From assembly GCA_047605325.1 (NCBI GenBank), contig JASGFX010000001.1, forward strand, positions 59,463 to 123,462: DNA of 64,000 bases, written 5' to 3'. Below are positions 32,490-42,859 of the stretch, in pieces; positions within the stretch are counted from its first letter, which is position 1; every line of letters begins with the position of its first letter. The stretch comes from Solirubrobacterales bacterium. Lineage in GTDB: Bacteria; Actinomycetota; Thermoleophilia; Solirubrobacterales; JACPNS01. The notes under the pieces are model-generated. The model saw nothing but the letters and a program-made list of their open reading frames with translations, was not told where the DNA came from and ran no database searches. Both the position numbers and the translations under genes were made by a program.

Positions 32490-33395
32490 TCAGCTCTGCG
32501 AACCGGCGCCGGCGCGCTCACGCATCGGTACGTGGCCGACGGTGTCGAGGTCGCGCGGGTGCTCGCGGTGCTTGCCGAAGAAGTTGATCAAGTTGCGGTC
32601 CTTGCGAAAGACACGGTAGGGAGTCGATCGCAGGTATGCCTTCGCCACGAGGTTGACCTGCGCCTGCACGAAGGCAGGCGGCGCGTCGACGCCCATCATC
32701 TCGCGCAGCGTCGGGTCGAGCAGTCCGGAGAGCGACTGCCGTGCGAGCCACTCGCGCCGGGGCAGGTGTTCGGGGTACCAGCGCAGCCAATCCTTGACGA
32801 GCCCTTCGTAGCAACCGACGCCGTCGGCGGTGTGCGCGTAGGTGCGCGCCTCGTAGTCGACCATCCATTCGAGGAAGCCCTCGCGCGTCGTGGCGGGCAG
32901 TTCGAGGCCCATCACCCCGGCGATCCCGCACCAGAAGTTCCAGCGCGCCTGCTTGTCGACCTCGGAGAATGGGTCTTCGCCGAACTGCGCCGCGAGGCGA
33001 TCGGGTTCGAGCATCACGGTCGCGAGCGTGTAGAGCTTCAGCTCGTCGGCGATCAGGAAGCGACTGTGGATCTCCTCCATCCGTTGGATCGCCGCGCGGC
33101 CGGCTTCTGATTTGTAGCCGCGGCGGTAGAACTCGGTGAAGAAGATGATCGTGTCGTTGTTGCGGCGGCGCGGATCGGTCGAGATGTCACCTTGACCTGA
33201 GCGGTAGAGCACCTTGGCGATCGCCGGAACAGCGGCCTGACGGGCGAACGTGACGAGGTAGATCGAGTGCGCGAAGTAAGCGTCCGCGAAGAGGACGTTG
33301 CTGACCTGCGCGGTGATCTCTTCGTCGTCGCGGGCGGGGTCGAGCGAGTCGACGTGCCTGCGCAGCGTGCGGCCTGTGGTCCAGTTGTCGAACAC
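32490..33395 (-). CDS. hypothetical protein, possibly DUF2236/MpaB-type oxygenase family
   Basis: 301 aa soluble protein. The family call rests only on overall resemblance (RRNNDTIIFFTEFYRRGY...IQRMEEIHSRF). Confidence 0.35.
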   Translation of the reverse strand: MFDNWTTGRTLRRHVDSLDPARDDEEITAQVSNVLFADAYFAHSIYLVTFARQAAVPAIAKVLYRSGQGDISTDPRRRNNDTIIFFTEFYRRGYKSEAGRAAIQRMEEIHSRFLIADELKLYTLATVMLEPDRLAAQFGEDPFSEVDKQARWNFWCGIAGVMGLELPATTREGFLEWMVDYEARTYAHTADGVGCYEGLVKDWLRWYPEHLPRREWLARQSLSGLLDPTLREMMGVDAPPAFVQAQVNLVAKAYLRSTPYRVFRKDRNLINFFGKHREHPRDLDTVGHVPMRERAGAGSQS

Positions 33396-33419
33396 GGCAG
33401 AGCCGAGTCTACTGGCCGG

Positions 33420-33890
33420 TCAGCCAATTTCTTTGAGCGCCTTGAAAACCTCTGAATCGTGCTTCTTCGGCTGCACCTTCGGCAGATAGGCCTCGACCTT
33501 GCCCGTGGGGCCGATGATGAAGGTGCTGCGTTGGATGCCCATGTACTTCTTGCCGTACATCGACTTCTCGACCCACTGGCCGTAGCGTTCGATCATCTTG
33601 TGGTCGGGATCGGAGAGCAGCTCGAACGGGAGCTTGTACTTCTTCTTGAACGCGGCGAGCTTCTCGGGCTCATCGGCCGAGACTCCGATCACCCGCACGC
33701 CGGCCTTTTTGTAGTCCTTGATGCTGTCGCGGATCGAGCAGGCCTGGGTCGTGCAGCCGGGCGTGTCGGCCTTCGGGTAGAAGTAGAGGACGACACGATC
33801 GCCCTTGAGGTCTGCGAGCTTGACGGTCTCGCCGTCCTGGTTCTTGAGGGTGAAGGCCGGCGCCTTCTTCCCGGTCTCTGGAATTGGCAT
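33420..33890 (-). CDS. bcp: thioredoxin-dependent peroxiredoxin Bcp
   Basis: VVLYFYPKADTPGCTTQAC peroxidatic and resolving Cys motif. 156 aa from ATG 33890. Confidence 0.92.
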   Translation of the reverse strand: MPIPETGKKAPAFTLKNQDGETVKLADLKGDRVVLYFYPKADTPGCTTQACSIRDSIKDYKKAGVRVIGVSADEPEKLAAFKKKYKLPFELLSDPDHKMIERYGQWVEKSMYGKKYMGIQRSTFIIGPTGKVEAYLPKVQPKKHDSEVFKALKEIG

Positions 33891-33915
33891 GGGCGCGAAT
33901 CTATATGGTCGCCGG

Positions 33916-34353
33916 ATGCGAATCGCTGTCTCAACCGACATGCTCGACGGCGCCGCCGACGCCGTGGTCGAGCAACTGCGCGAGCGCGGCCACGAGTTGC
34001 TCCTGTTCGGCGCGTTCGACGAAGAGGCGCGAGCCGATTGGGCATGGGGCAGCGAGGCGGCAGCCCGTGCGGTCGCAGACGGCCGCGCCGAGATGGGCGT
34101 CGTCTGCTGCTGGACCGGCACCGGCGCGTCGATCGCCGCTAACAAGGTTTCCGGCGTGCGCGCCGCGTTGTGCGGCGACGCCGAGACCGCGTCGGGCGCG
34201 CGCAAATGGAACGACGCCAACGTGCTCGCGCTTTCGCTGCGGCTGACGACACAGTTCGTGCTGGCTGAAGTCTTTGACGCGTGGTTCAGCGCGGAGCCGA
34301 GCTCTGACCCGGCAGATGCAGCCAATGTCGCCCACCTGGGCGAAATCAGCTAA
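33916..34353 (+). CDS. rpiB: ribose-5-phosphate isomerase B (RpiB/LacA/LacB family)
   Basis: GVVCCWTGTGASIAANKVSGVRAAL active-site region. 145 aa from ATG 33916. Confidence 0.88.
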   Translation: MRIAVSTDMLDGAADAVVEQLRERGHELLLFGAFDEEARADWAWGSEAAARAVADGRAEMGVVCCWTGTGASIAANKVSGVRAALCGDAETASGARKWNDANVLALSLRLTTQFVLAEVFDAWFSAEPSSDPADAANVAHLGEIS

Positions 34354-35222
34354 GACGCGGCCGCGAGGATCGCCACTCCGGCCAGCGCCATCGCCACGCC
34401 GATCAGCTGCGTGCGCACGAGCCGCTCGCGCAGTACGACGAAGGCCAGCAGAATCGTCGTCACCGGGTAGAGGCTGCTGACCACAGAGCTGATCGCCAGC
34501 GCGCCGTGGTGGGTCGAGGCGGCGAACGTGATGTTCGCGCCGACGTCGAAGAAGCCGATCGAGTACGGGAAGAACCATTGACGGCCGCGCGGGCGCTCGC
34601 TCAAGGCGGCCGATCCCCGACCGGCGACCACGACGCCGATCGCCACGATCCCGAGCGTCACGAGCTTCAGCATCGCGGCCGGCCAATAGATCGACGCCTC
34701 GCCGGCCTCGGCGATCAGCGCGAAGATCGTGCCGAACCCGATCGCCGCGACGATCGCGAGGAGCACCGATTGACGGTGCAGCTCGGGAGAGACGCCGGTC
34801 GTCTCGGCGAGGTCCTGCTCGCGCGAGGCGAGGATCACCCCGGTCACGGCGATCAGGATCGCGACGACGGAAAGCGCGCTGAGCGATTCGCCGCGTCCGA
34901 TCACGCCCCAGAGCACCGGAATTGCGGCTCCGGTCGCGGTGATCGGCGCGACGATGCTCATCGTGCCGACAGCTAGCGCGCGGTAGAACGCCGAGAGCGC
35001 GACCACGCCGCAGACACCGGCTGCCGCGCCGAGCAGCATGTCCTCGCGCGGCGGGATCGGATCACCTGAGATCAGTCCGCCGCCGGCCGCGAGAGTCACT
35101 CCGCCGAGTGCCGAGGCGAGCAGCACCCAGAGCAGCGCGTAGCGGCGCGCGGCCATGCCGCCGAGGAAGTCCCCGGTGCCCCACGCGAGCGCCGACACGA
35201 GTGCCAGCCCGATGGCAGCCAT
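34350..35222 (-). CDS. EamA/DMT family transporter
   Basis: 290 aa with about 10 TM helices arranged as two EamA-like halves. Confidence 0.8.
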   Translation of the reverse strand: MAAIGLALVSALAWGTGDFLGGMAARRYALLWVLLASALGGVTLAAGGGLISGDPIPPREDMLLGAAAGVCGVVALSAFYRALAVGTMSIVAPITATGAAIPVLWGVIGRGESLSALSVVAILIAVTGVILASREQDLAETTGVSPELHRQSVLLAIVAAIGFGTIFALIAEAGEASIYWPAAMLKLVTLGIVAIGVVVAGRGSAALSERPRGRQWFFPYSIGFFDVGANITFAASTHHGALAISSVVSSLYPVTTILLAFVVLRERLVRTQLIGVAMALAGVAILAAAS

Positions 35223-35235
35223 CTGGACCCTTTCG

Positions 35236-37275
35236 CTACGAGGCTTCCGCGACGACCGCGTCGGCCGAAACCGACCGACCGCGCAGTTCGGCGCCTTCGA
35301 TCGCGCCGGCCACGCTTGCGGCCTTGTCGCTCGGCACCTGCATCAGCGTGTAGCGGCTGAGCACGCGCACGCGGCGGATGTCGTTGCCGGTGAGGTCGCT
35401 CTTGGCGGTGACCAGCTCGATCACATCGGCCGGCTCGACGCCTGCCGATGTGCCGCCGTTGACGATCACGAGGCTGAAGCCCTCGTCGAGTTCGGTCTGC
35501 TCAGGCTTGGTGTGACGCGGGCGGCGCAGCTCGCCGGGCTCTGCATCGGCTGTCGGCTCGGGTTCGGGCTCAGACTCGGGTTCGGCTGCCACTTCGGGCG
35601 TCGCGTCGGCGACCGGCTCGTCGGCGTCTTCCGCGAGCAGCGCCTCTTGCGTCTTGCCCGGGGGCGGTCCCCAGGAGAACTCGGCCTTGGATGCTTCCTC
35701 GGTGCTCGAGCGGTCCGGGATCACCCCTGCGCTCGGTTCCGGCTCGGACTCCTCGGCCGACGCTGCTTCGAGTTCGTCGCCGGTCGGCGGCGCGGGCGGG
35801 TCGGGAAGATCTTCGGCGGGCTCGCCGGCCGCGGCTGCCGGGGCGGCGCCCCAGGTGAAGCCGGTCGATTCCTGCTCGGCGGGCTGCTCTGCGGCGGGGC
35901 TCTCCGCGACGGGATCCTCCTGGGCCGGGGCCTCCTCGGACACGGGCGCGTCGGTCACGGCGTCCTCGGTGACGACCTCTTCGGTCGTCTGCGCTTCTGC
36001 TTCTTCCACGACTGCGACCTCCTCGGTCACGGACTCAGTCTTCTCGCCGTCACGGCTGCGCGGGCGGCGCTGGCGCGGGGTGCGCTCTCCGCCCTCGGCT
36101 GCATCGGCCTTCTCGCCGTCGCCGCCGGCCTTGGCGGGTGCCGGGGCCTTGGTCTTCGCGATCTCCGGCGTCCACTCCGGGACGTCGACGTTGATGTGCT
36201 TCTCGATCGCGCGGAAGTCGTCTTTGTCGCGCGCTTCGACCATCGTGATCGCGCGTCCACCACGCCCGGCGCGGCCGGTGCGGCCGATGCGGTGGGTGTA
36301 GATCTCGGCCGAGTTCGGCAGGTCGTAGTTGATCACGTGGGTGACGTTCTGGACGTCGAGGCCACGGGCGGCGATGTCGGTCGCGACGAGCACCGGGACG
36401 CGGTTGTCCTTGAACGCGATCATCACGCCGTCGCGCGAGCCCTGCGACATGTCGCCGTGCAGCGCGCGCACGCGGAGGTTCGGCTTGCGACGGTCGAGAT
36501 CGCGGGCGAGGCGGTCGACGCCGATCTTCGTGCGGGCGAAGATGATCGCCTGGGTCGGGCGCTCGGCCTCGAGGATCTTGATGATGTCGTCGGCCTTGCT
36601 GTTGCGCGAGGTCGGGAACTGGAAGTGCTGGACGGTGTCGATCGTGAGCGTCGGGGCCTTCACGCGGATCGTCACCGGGTCGTGCAGCTGCTCGGCGGCG
36701 AGTTTGGCGATCGCTGGCGGCATCGTCGCCGAGAACAGCGCGGTCTGTCGGCCGCGCGGGCACTTGTTGAGGATCGTCTCGACGTCTTCGAGGAAGCCCA
36801 GGTCGAGCATCTCATCGGCCTCGTCGAGCACGACGAAGCGGGCGTCGTGGAACATCAGCGAATGGCGCGAGTGCAGGTCGAGAACGCGGCCGACCGTGCC
36901 GACCACGACCTGCGGGCCGTTCTTGAGGCGGTCCATCTGCTGACGGATCGGCGCCCCGCCGAAGGTGGCGAGCACATCGACGCCGGCGATCGCACCGTAG
37001 GCGCGCAGCGACTGCGCGACCTGGATGCAGAGTTCACGGGTGGGGGTGAGCACGAGCGCCTGAACTTCGCGGCGGTCGGGGATGATCGACTGCAGCATCG
37101 GCAGTCCGAAAGCGGCTGTTTTGCCGGTGCCCGTCTGGGCCTGGCCGATCACGTCGGAGCCCTTGAGCAGCTCCGGGATCGCTTGTTCCTGAATCGGCGT
37201 GGGGTCGGTGTATCCGACCTTCTCAAGCGCCTCCGCGAACTCGTCTTTGAGTCCCAAGTCTTTGAATTTCGTCAT
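35236..37275 (-). CDS. DEAD-box ATP-dependent RNA helicase (DeaD/CsdA-like) with acidic low-complexity linker and DbpA-like C-terminal domain
   Basis: AQTGTGKTAAF (motif I), DEADEM (II), SAT (III), HRIGRTGRAG (VI). C-terminal FSLVIVNGGTSAGVEPADVIELV resembles a DbpA RNA-binding domain. Confidence 0.95.
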   Translation of the reverse strand: MTKFKDLGLKDEFAEALEKVGYTDPTPIQEQAIPELLKGSDVIGQAQTGTGKTAAFGLPMLQSIIPDRREVQALVLTPTRELCIQVAQSLRAYGAIAGVDVLATFGGAPIRQQMDRLKNGPQVVVGTVGRVLDLHSRHSLMFHDARFVVLDEADEMLDLGFLEDVETILNKCPRGRQTALFSATMPPAIAKLAAEQLHDPVTIRVKAPTLTIDTVQHFQFPTSRNSKADDIIKILEAERPTQAIIFARTKIGVDRLARDLDRRKPNLRVRALHGDMSQGSRDGVMIAFKDNRVPVLVATDIAARGLDVQNVTHVINYDLPNSAEIYTHRIGRTGRAGRGGRAITMVEARDKDDFRAIEKHINVDVPEWTPEIAKTKAPAPAKAGGDGEKADAAEGGERTPRQRRPRSRDGEKTESVTEEVAVVEEAEAQTTEEVVTEDAVTDAPVSEEAPAQEDPVAESPAAEQPAEQESTGFTWGAAPAAAAGEPAEDLPDPPAPPTGDELEAASAEESEPEPSAGVIPDRSSTEEASKAEFSWGPPPGKTQEALLAEDADEPVADATPEVAAEPESEPEPEPTADAEPGELRRPRHTKPEQTELDEGFSLVIVNGGTSAGVEPADVIELVTAKSDLTGNDIRRVRVLSRYTLMQVPSDKAASVAGAIEGAELRGRSVSADAVVAEAS

Positions 37276-37368
37276 TGCCGAGAGAGCCTACCCCGCGATC
37301 CCGGAATTTCGGCGCTCCCTGGCCCCCAGGGCAAGGCAGCGCCAGATCTGCGCAGATTTGGCACACCG

Positions 37369-37406
37369 GCGTCACGCGCGCGTCACACAGCTTCGTCGGG
37401 CGTCAC
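37369..37406. promoter_or_regulatory. three direct repeats of GCGTCAC (starts 37369, 37380, 37400) in the helicase/kinase divergent spacer
   Basis: Read directly. The first two copies are phased 11 nt apart and the third is 20 nt further on. Confidence 0.3.
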
Positions 37407-37448
37407 AAACGCCCGCCGCCCGCCCAAACCTTCTACGCTCCCCGCCCT

Positions 37449-38387
37449 ATGAGCCTCGCAGTAGTTGGATCCATCGCATTTGACGCAGTCAAGACCCCGT
37501 TCGGAGAGCGCGAGCGCATGCTCGGCGGCTCGGCCGTCCATTTCTCGCTCGCATCGAGCTTCTTCACCGACGTCCACGTCTACGGACCGGTCGGCGACGA
37601 CTTCGGTGACGACGAGTACGCGATCCTCCAGGATCGCGGCGTCAACACCGACGGCATCGAGAAGATCGCCGGCGGCAAGACCTTCTTCTGGAAAGGCCAC
37701 TACGAGTTCGATCTCAACCAGGCCCACACCGACGACACCCAGCTCAACGTCTTCGAGACCTTCGAGCCCAAGCTCGACGACGCGGCCAAGGGCGCCGACG
37801 TGCTGTTCCTCGCCAACATCGAGCCCGGCCTCCAGCGCGCCGTGCGCCAGCAGTGCGAGGACGCCAAGTTCGTCGCGCTCGACAGCATGAACCTCTGGAT
37901 CGACATCGCCAAGGACTCGCTGATCGAGACGATCAAGCTCGTCGACGCCGTATTCATGAACGACGCCGAGATCCGCCAGCTGACCGGCCAGAGCAACATG
38001 GTCAAGGCCGCGCGCGAGATCCTCAGCTGGGGCCCGAAGCTCGTGATCGCCAAGCAGGGCGAGTACGGCGCGGCGCTGATCAGCGAGAACGGCTTCTTCG
38101 CGCTTCCGGCCTACCCGCTCGAGGACGTGGTCGACCCGACCGGAGCAGGCGACTCATTCGCCGGTGGCTTCCTCGGCTACGTCTCCCAGCACATCAGCGA
38201 GGGCGGCGAGCTCGACGACAACGCCTTCCGCCGCGCGATGACCTGCGGCTCGACGATGGCGTCGTTCAATGTCGAGAACTTCGGCACCGAGCGCGTCCGC
38301 TCGCTGACCGAGGACGAGATCTCCGAGCGCTTCGCCGGCTTCGCGGCGATCACGCGCTTCGAAGAGTTCGCCGCGAGTATTCGATAG
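37449..38387 (+). CDS. PfkB family carbohydrate kinase
   Basis: DPTGAGDSFAGGFLG PfkB signature 2. N-terminal GGSAVHFS. ATG 37449. Confidence 0.88.
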   Translation: MSLAVVGSIAFDAVKTPFGERERMLGGSAVHFSLASSFFTDVHVYGPVGDDFGDDEYAILQDRGVNTDGIEKIAGGKTFFWKGHYEFDLNQAHTDDTQLNVFETFEPKLDDAAKGADVLFLANIEPGLQRAVRQQCEDAKFVALDSMNLWIDIAKDSLIETIKLVDAVFMNDAEIRQLTGQSNMVKAAREILSWGPKLVIAKQGEYGAALISENGFFALPAYPLEDVVDPTGAGDSFAGGFLGYVSQHISEGGELDDNAFRRAMTCGSTMASFNVENFGTERVRSLTEDEISERFAGFAAITRFEEFAASIR

Positions 38388-38469
38388 TTCGAACGGGCTC
38401 TCTCCGTTCGACGTCCCGCCGGGTCCGCGCGGGCGTAGCGTGCCGGGCCGGACCGGTAGAATTCAGCTC

Positions 38470-38742
38470 GTGAACATCCTTTTGATCTTCCTTGTGGTGG
38501 TCGGCGTCAAGCTGCCGCTCATCCTTGTCGGCTGGATCATCTATCGCGCCGTCAACGACGCTCCCGAGCCGGAGTTCGAGAACGACGGGGGCGATCCGGT
38601 CAAGGCCGTCTTCGAGCCCGGTCCGCGCACGCGCGGCCCGCACGACTCCGGCCCTGCGCTCGCCGTCGCCCAGCGTCGCGGCGACAAGGGTCACGACGAG
38701 TCGACCGAAGTCACCCGCAGCGGCAGCGCTCAAAACGCGTAG
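38470..38742 (+). CDS. hypothetical small membrane protein
   Basis: One N-terminal TM (VNILLIFLVVVGVKLPLILVGWIIY) followed by a charged tail. Start is uncertain (38440 or 38470). Confidence 0.45.
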   Translation: MNILLIFLVVVGVKLPLILVGWIIYRAVNDAPEPEFENDGGDPVKAVFEPGPRTRGPHDSGPALAVAQRRGDKGHDESTEVTRSGSAQNA

Positions 38743-38756
38743 TAACCTTCCCGCCG

Positions 38757-39044
38757 ATGCTTTTCGCCGAATCGTTTTTCACCCCGTACTACTTCCTTGC
38801 CGTCGGCTTCGGAGCCTTCGCCGTGATCGTCTCAGTGATCGGCATGAAGAAGCCGAATGACTTTCCCGGACGCTTCTCCGGACTGATCATGCTGGCCGGT
38901 GTCCTGCTGGGCGTCGCGACCTTCGTGTTCGTCTGGCGCGGCGGCGAAAAGGAAGTCGATCACCGCAATCACGAGTCGAAGTCCGACGAAGGCGCTTCGC
39001 TCACTCCGCTGGCCCCTCCGGCCGGCGTCAAGTACGTCGGCTGA
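38757..39044 (+). CDS. hypothetical small membrane protein (2 TM)
   Basis: 95 aa with two hydrophobic helices. Confidence 0.5.
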   Translation: MLFAESFFTPYYFLAVGFGAFAVIVSVIGMKKPNDFPGRFSGLIMLAGVLLGVATFVFVWRGGEKEVDHRNHESKSDEGASLTPLAPPAGVKYVG

Positions 39045-39053
39045 TCGCCCTCG

Positions 39054-39692
39054 CTATCGCGCCGCGGCCTGGAGTTGCCGCACCAGCGGAGCGACGTAGC
39101 GCTCCGCGAACCCGCGCACGTCTTCTTCGGAGTCGAGCCGGCCGATCGTCTCGGGCGTGATCGTCAGTGATATCGCCAGCCGCGCGATCAGCTCGCCGGC
39201 GATCGCCGCGTCGAACTGTCCGACTTCGATGCGACCGGCGCGCACGGCACCGTTGAAGCGCTCCTGGAGCATCTCGCGGGCGTGACCCAACGCATCCGGC
39301 GACTCAAGCGTCGATCGCGTCATCTGGCCGTTGTTGACGGCCACGACGCTGCGAAACACCGGATGGCTGCGCAGCGCGACCAGCGCCGAGGCGAATCCGG
39401 CCGCGAGGCGCTCCTCGAAGGAGTCGGCCGCCGCCGCGGCGGCGTCGGCGTCGGCGAAGATCCGGTCGAACTCGCGCGTCGTCCAGGCGCGGATCAGGTC
39501 GTCCTTGCTCGCGAAATAGCGGTAGAGACTGGCGCGCGAGACCTCCGCGCGTCTGGCGATCTCGCCCATACGCATGCGGTCCGGGCCCACGCGTTCGGCC
39601 TCGGCGCCTGCGACCTCGAGGATCCGCTCGATCGCGACGGAACGGGTTCGGTCTGATCCGGTGTGGACGTCTTGGGGCATTCGACTCAGCAT
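39054..39692 (-). CDS. TetR/AcrR family transcriptional regulator
   Basis: N-terminal HTH MGEIARRAEVSRASLYRYFASKDDL. Confidence 0.9.
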   Translation of the reverse strand: MLSRMPQDVHTGSDRTRSVAIERILEVAGAEAERVGPDRMRMGEIARRAEVSRASLYRYFASKDDLIRAWTTREFDRIFADADAAAAAADSFEERLAAGFASALVALRSHPVFRSVVAVNNGQMTRSTLESPDALGHAREMLQERFNGAVRAGRIEVGQFDAAIAGELIARLAISLTITPETIGRLDSEEDVRGFAERYVAPLVRQLQAAAR

Positions 39693-39742
39693 TGTCTCAA
39701 ATGCGTACTACCCGCTCTCGCGAACTTTCGACCATTGGCGAC

Positions 39743-39770
39743 GCGACAAACGTGTCGCCTGCTACATAAT
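39743..39770 (+). promoter_or_regulatory. candidate gltA promoter (-10 CATAAT 39765-39770) with inverted repeat GCGACA-AACG-TGTCGC over the -35 position
   Basis: Read directly. AGGAG RBS at 39799-39803. The inverted repeat is a plausible site for the divergent TetR. Confidence 0.3.
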
Positions 39771-39813
39771 CTGACCGAACAAAACAAAACGTGATTCAGG
39801 AGCCCCCACAAAG

Positions 39814-41160
<1,347 letters not shown>

Positions 41161-41170
41161 ACCGAACGTC

Positions 41171-41530
41171 GTGATCCGGTATCTGCTGAAGGTTCGCGTG
41201 ACCGGCAAGGTCGCGAAGTTCCCGTGCGGATCGGAGGACGAGCTGTTCGCCAAGCTCGAGGACGAGCTCGCCGGACAGATCGAGGACACCAAGGGTCTCG
41301 GTCCGGTCGGCAGCCCGCTGAAGAACTACGAGGCGATCGAGATCGTCCACTCGCGGCTTGAGGTGGTGCTGACCGAGAGCCTCTTCAAGAAGCGCCGCGG
41401 CGGGATCGATGTGCGCCGAAACGGCGACAGCGAAGCCTGGCTCGGTGGTTCGAGCAAGCAACTGATCGAGCCGCGTCCGGGCGAGACGCTGACGGCCGCC
41501 CTGCGCCGCGAAATAGACTCACTCGCATGA
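41171..41530 (+). CDS. hypothetical protein
   Basis: About 119 aa from GTG 41171. Its stop overlaps the next start (ATGA). No recognisable motif. Confidence 0.45.
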   Translation: MIRYLLKVRVTGKVAKFPCGSEDELFAKLEDELAGQIEDTKGLGPVGSPLKNYEAIEIVHSRLEVVLTESLFKKRRGGIDVRRNGDSEAWLGGSSKQLIEPRPGETLTAALRREIDSLA

Positions 41531-41883
41531 CAGAGCTTGAGAAAAAGCGCTGGTCGAGCGTCACCCTCCCGTCCGGCACCAGCGGTCCGTACGAGGTCTA
41601 CGTCAACAGCGTCACCCAGAAAGAGGGTGAAGACTTCGAGATCGAGGGCGACGTCATCTACTTCTTCCGGCCGATCCGCAAAGAGGCCAAGCTCGGCTTC
41701 TTCCGTTGGCTCGTGCTGTTCATCGGGATCGCCGGAAGCTACAAGCAGAACGACTCCGTCGACGTCGGCTGCGTCATCGAGGGCCATCGCGACCATCTCG
41801 TGAATCTTCCGATCGAAGTGTTGATCGAGCCGACCGAGGAAGAGCGCGGAATGCTCGTCGGCTCCTATTCGCCGGGAGGCTGA
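41527..41883 (+). CDS. hypothetical protein (one central hydrophobic segment)
   Basis: 118 aa, translationally coupled to the upstream ORF. It ends 2 nt before the metF ATG. Confidence 0.5.
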   Translation: MTELEKKRWSSVTLPSGTSGPYEVYVNSVTQKEGEDFEIEGDVIYFFRPIRKEAKLGFFRWLVLFIGIAGSYKQNDSVDVGCVIEGHRDHLVNLPIEVLIEPTEEERGMLVGSYSPGG

Positions 41884-41885
41884 CC

Positions 41886-42794
41886 ATGGGTCGCATCGAC
41901 CAGATCATCGAGCAGGCCGAGCAGCCTGTGTTCTCGTTCGAGTTCTTCCCGCCCAAGACCGACGAGGGCATGACGAATCTTTTCGAGACGGTCGCGGCGC
42001 TGCGCGAGCTCGATCCGGCCTTTGTGTCCGTCACGTACGGCGCCGGCGGATCGACACGCGATCGCACGATCGCGATCGTCGGCCGGATCAAGAACGAACT
42101 CGGCATCGAGACGATGGCGCACTTCACCTGCGTCGGATCGACGACCGATCAACTGCGCGAAGTGCTCGGTGAGATTCAGGGCGTCGGCGTCGAGAACATC
42201 ATCGCGCTGCGCGGAGACCCGCCGGCTGGTGAAGAGGCGTTCGTCAGGACCGATGGCGGTCTCGGCAACGCCGACGAGCTGGTCAGCCTGATCGCCGCTG
42301 ATTTCCCGAGCTTCTGCATCGCCGGGGCCGGCTACCCCGAGACCCATCCCGAGGCGATCAGTCCCGACGCCGACCTCGCCCACGCGGTCGACAAGGTCAG
42401 TAACGGCGCGAGCTTCCTCGTCACGCAGCTGTTTTTTGACAACGACGCCTACTTCGACTACGTCGACCGCGCCCGCGCGGCCGGCATCGACGTGCCGATC
42501 ATCCCGGGCATCATGCCGATCGGGGGCTACGAGCAGATCAAGCGCTTCACAAGCATGTGCGGCGCCACGATCCCGGAGCGGCTGATGGCCGAGCTCGACG
42601 CGCGCAAGGACGACCCGGAGGCGATCACCGACCTCGGAGTCGCGTACGCGACGCTGCAGTGCGCAGATCTTCTGTCGCGCGGAGCGCCCGGCATCCACTT
42701 CTACACGCTGAACAAATCGCCGGCGACCCGCGCGATCCTCAGCTCGCTGCGCGCGGCCCGGCCGTGGGAGCGGAATCTGGCCACTCCGGCTTGA
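41886..42794 (+). CDS. metF: methylenetetrahydrofolate reductase
   Basis: N-terminal PVFSFEFFPPKT, plus SVTYGAGGSTR and TQLFFD, typical of MetF. Confidence 0.93.
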   Translation: MGRIDQIIEQAEQPVFSFEFFPPKTDEGMTNLFETVAALRELDPAFVSVTYGAGGSTRDRTIAIVGRIKNELGIETMAHFTCVGSTTDQLREVLGEIQGVGVENIIALRGDPPAGEEAFVRTDGGLGNADELVSLIAADFPSFCIAGAGYPETHPEAISPDADLAHAVDKVSNGASFLVTQLFFDNDAYFDYVDRARAAGIDVPIIPGIMPIGGYEQIKRFTSMCGATIPERLMAELDARKDDPEAITDLGVAYATLQCADLLSRGAPGIHFYTLNKSPATRAILSSLRAARPWERNLATPA

Positions 42795-42859
42795 GGTACC
42801 CGTCCAGGGGGCCGATCATCATCGGGGCACTCCGCCTCGCACAAACCCCGAAAGGCACG

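Noticed and set aside
35500-36100. Repetitive Glu/Pro/Ala-rich coding stretch in the helicase gene as a possible DNA tandem repeat or insertion.
   Set aside because: No exact nucleotide periodicity is visible. It reads as an acidic low-complexity linker between the helicase core and the DbpA-like domain, which is common in DeaD-type helicases.
35155-37452. 765-aa plus-strand ORF covering the whole DEAD-box helicase locus.
   Set aside because: It is antisense to a gene with all the helicase motifs I checked (I, II, III, VI). Its composition (Gly/Arg/Leu/Ala runs) is not protein-like.
23347-38425. Shared 14-mer CGACGTCCCGCCGG at about 23349 and about 38411 as another repeat family.
   Set aside because: A single 14-nt GC-rich match is expected by chance in a GC-biased 64-kb window, and there is no flanking similarity.
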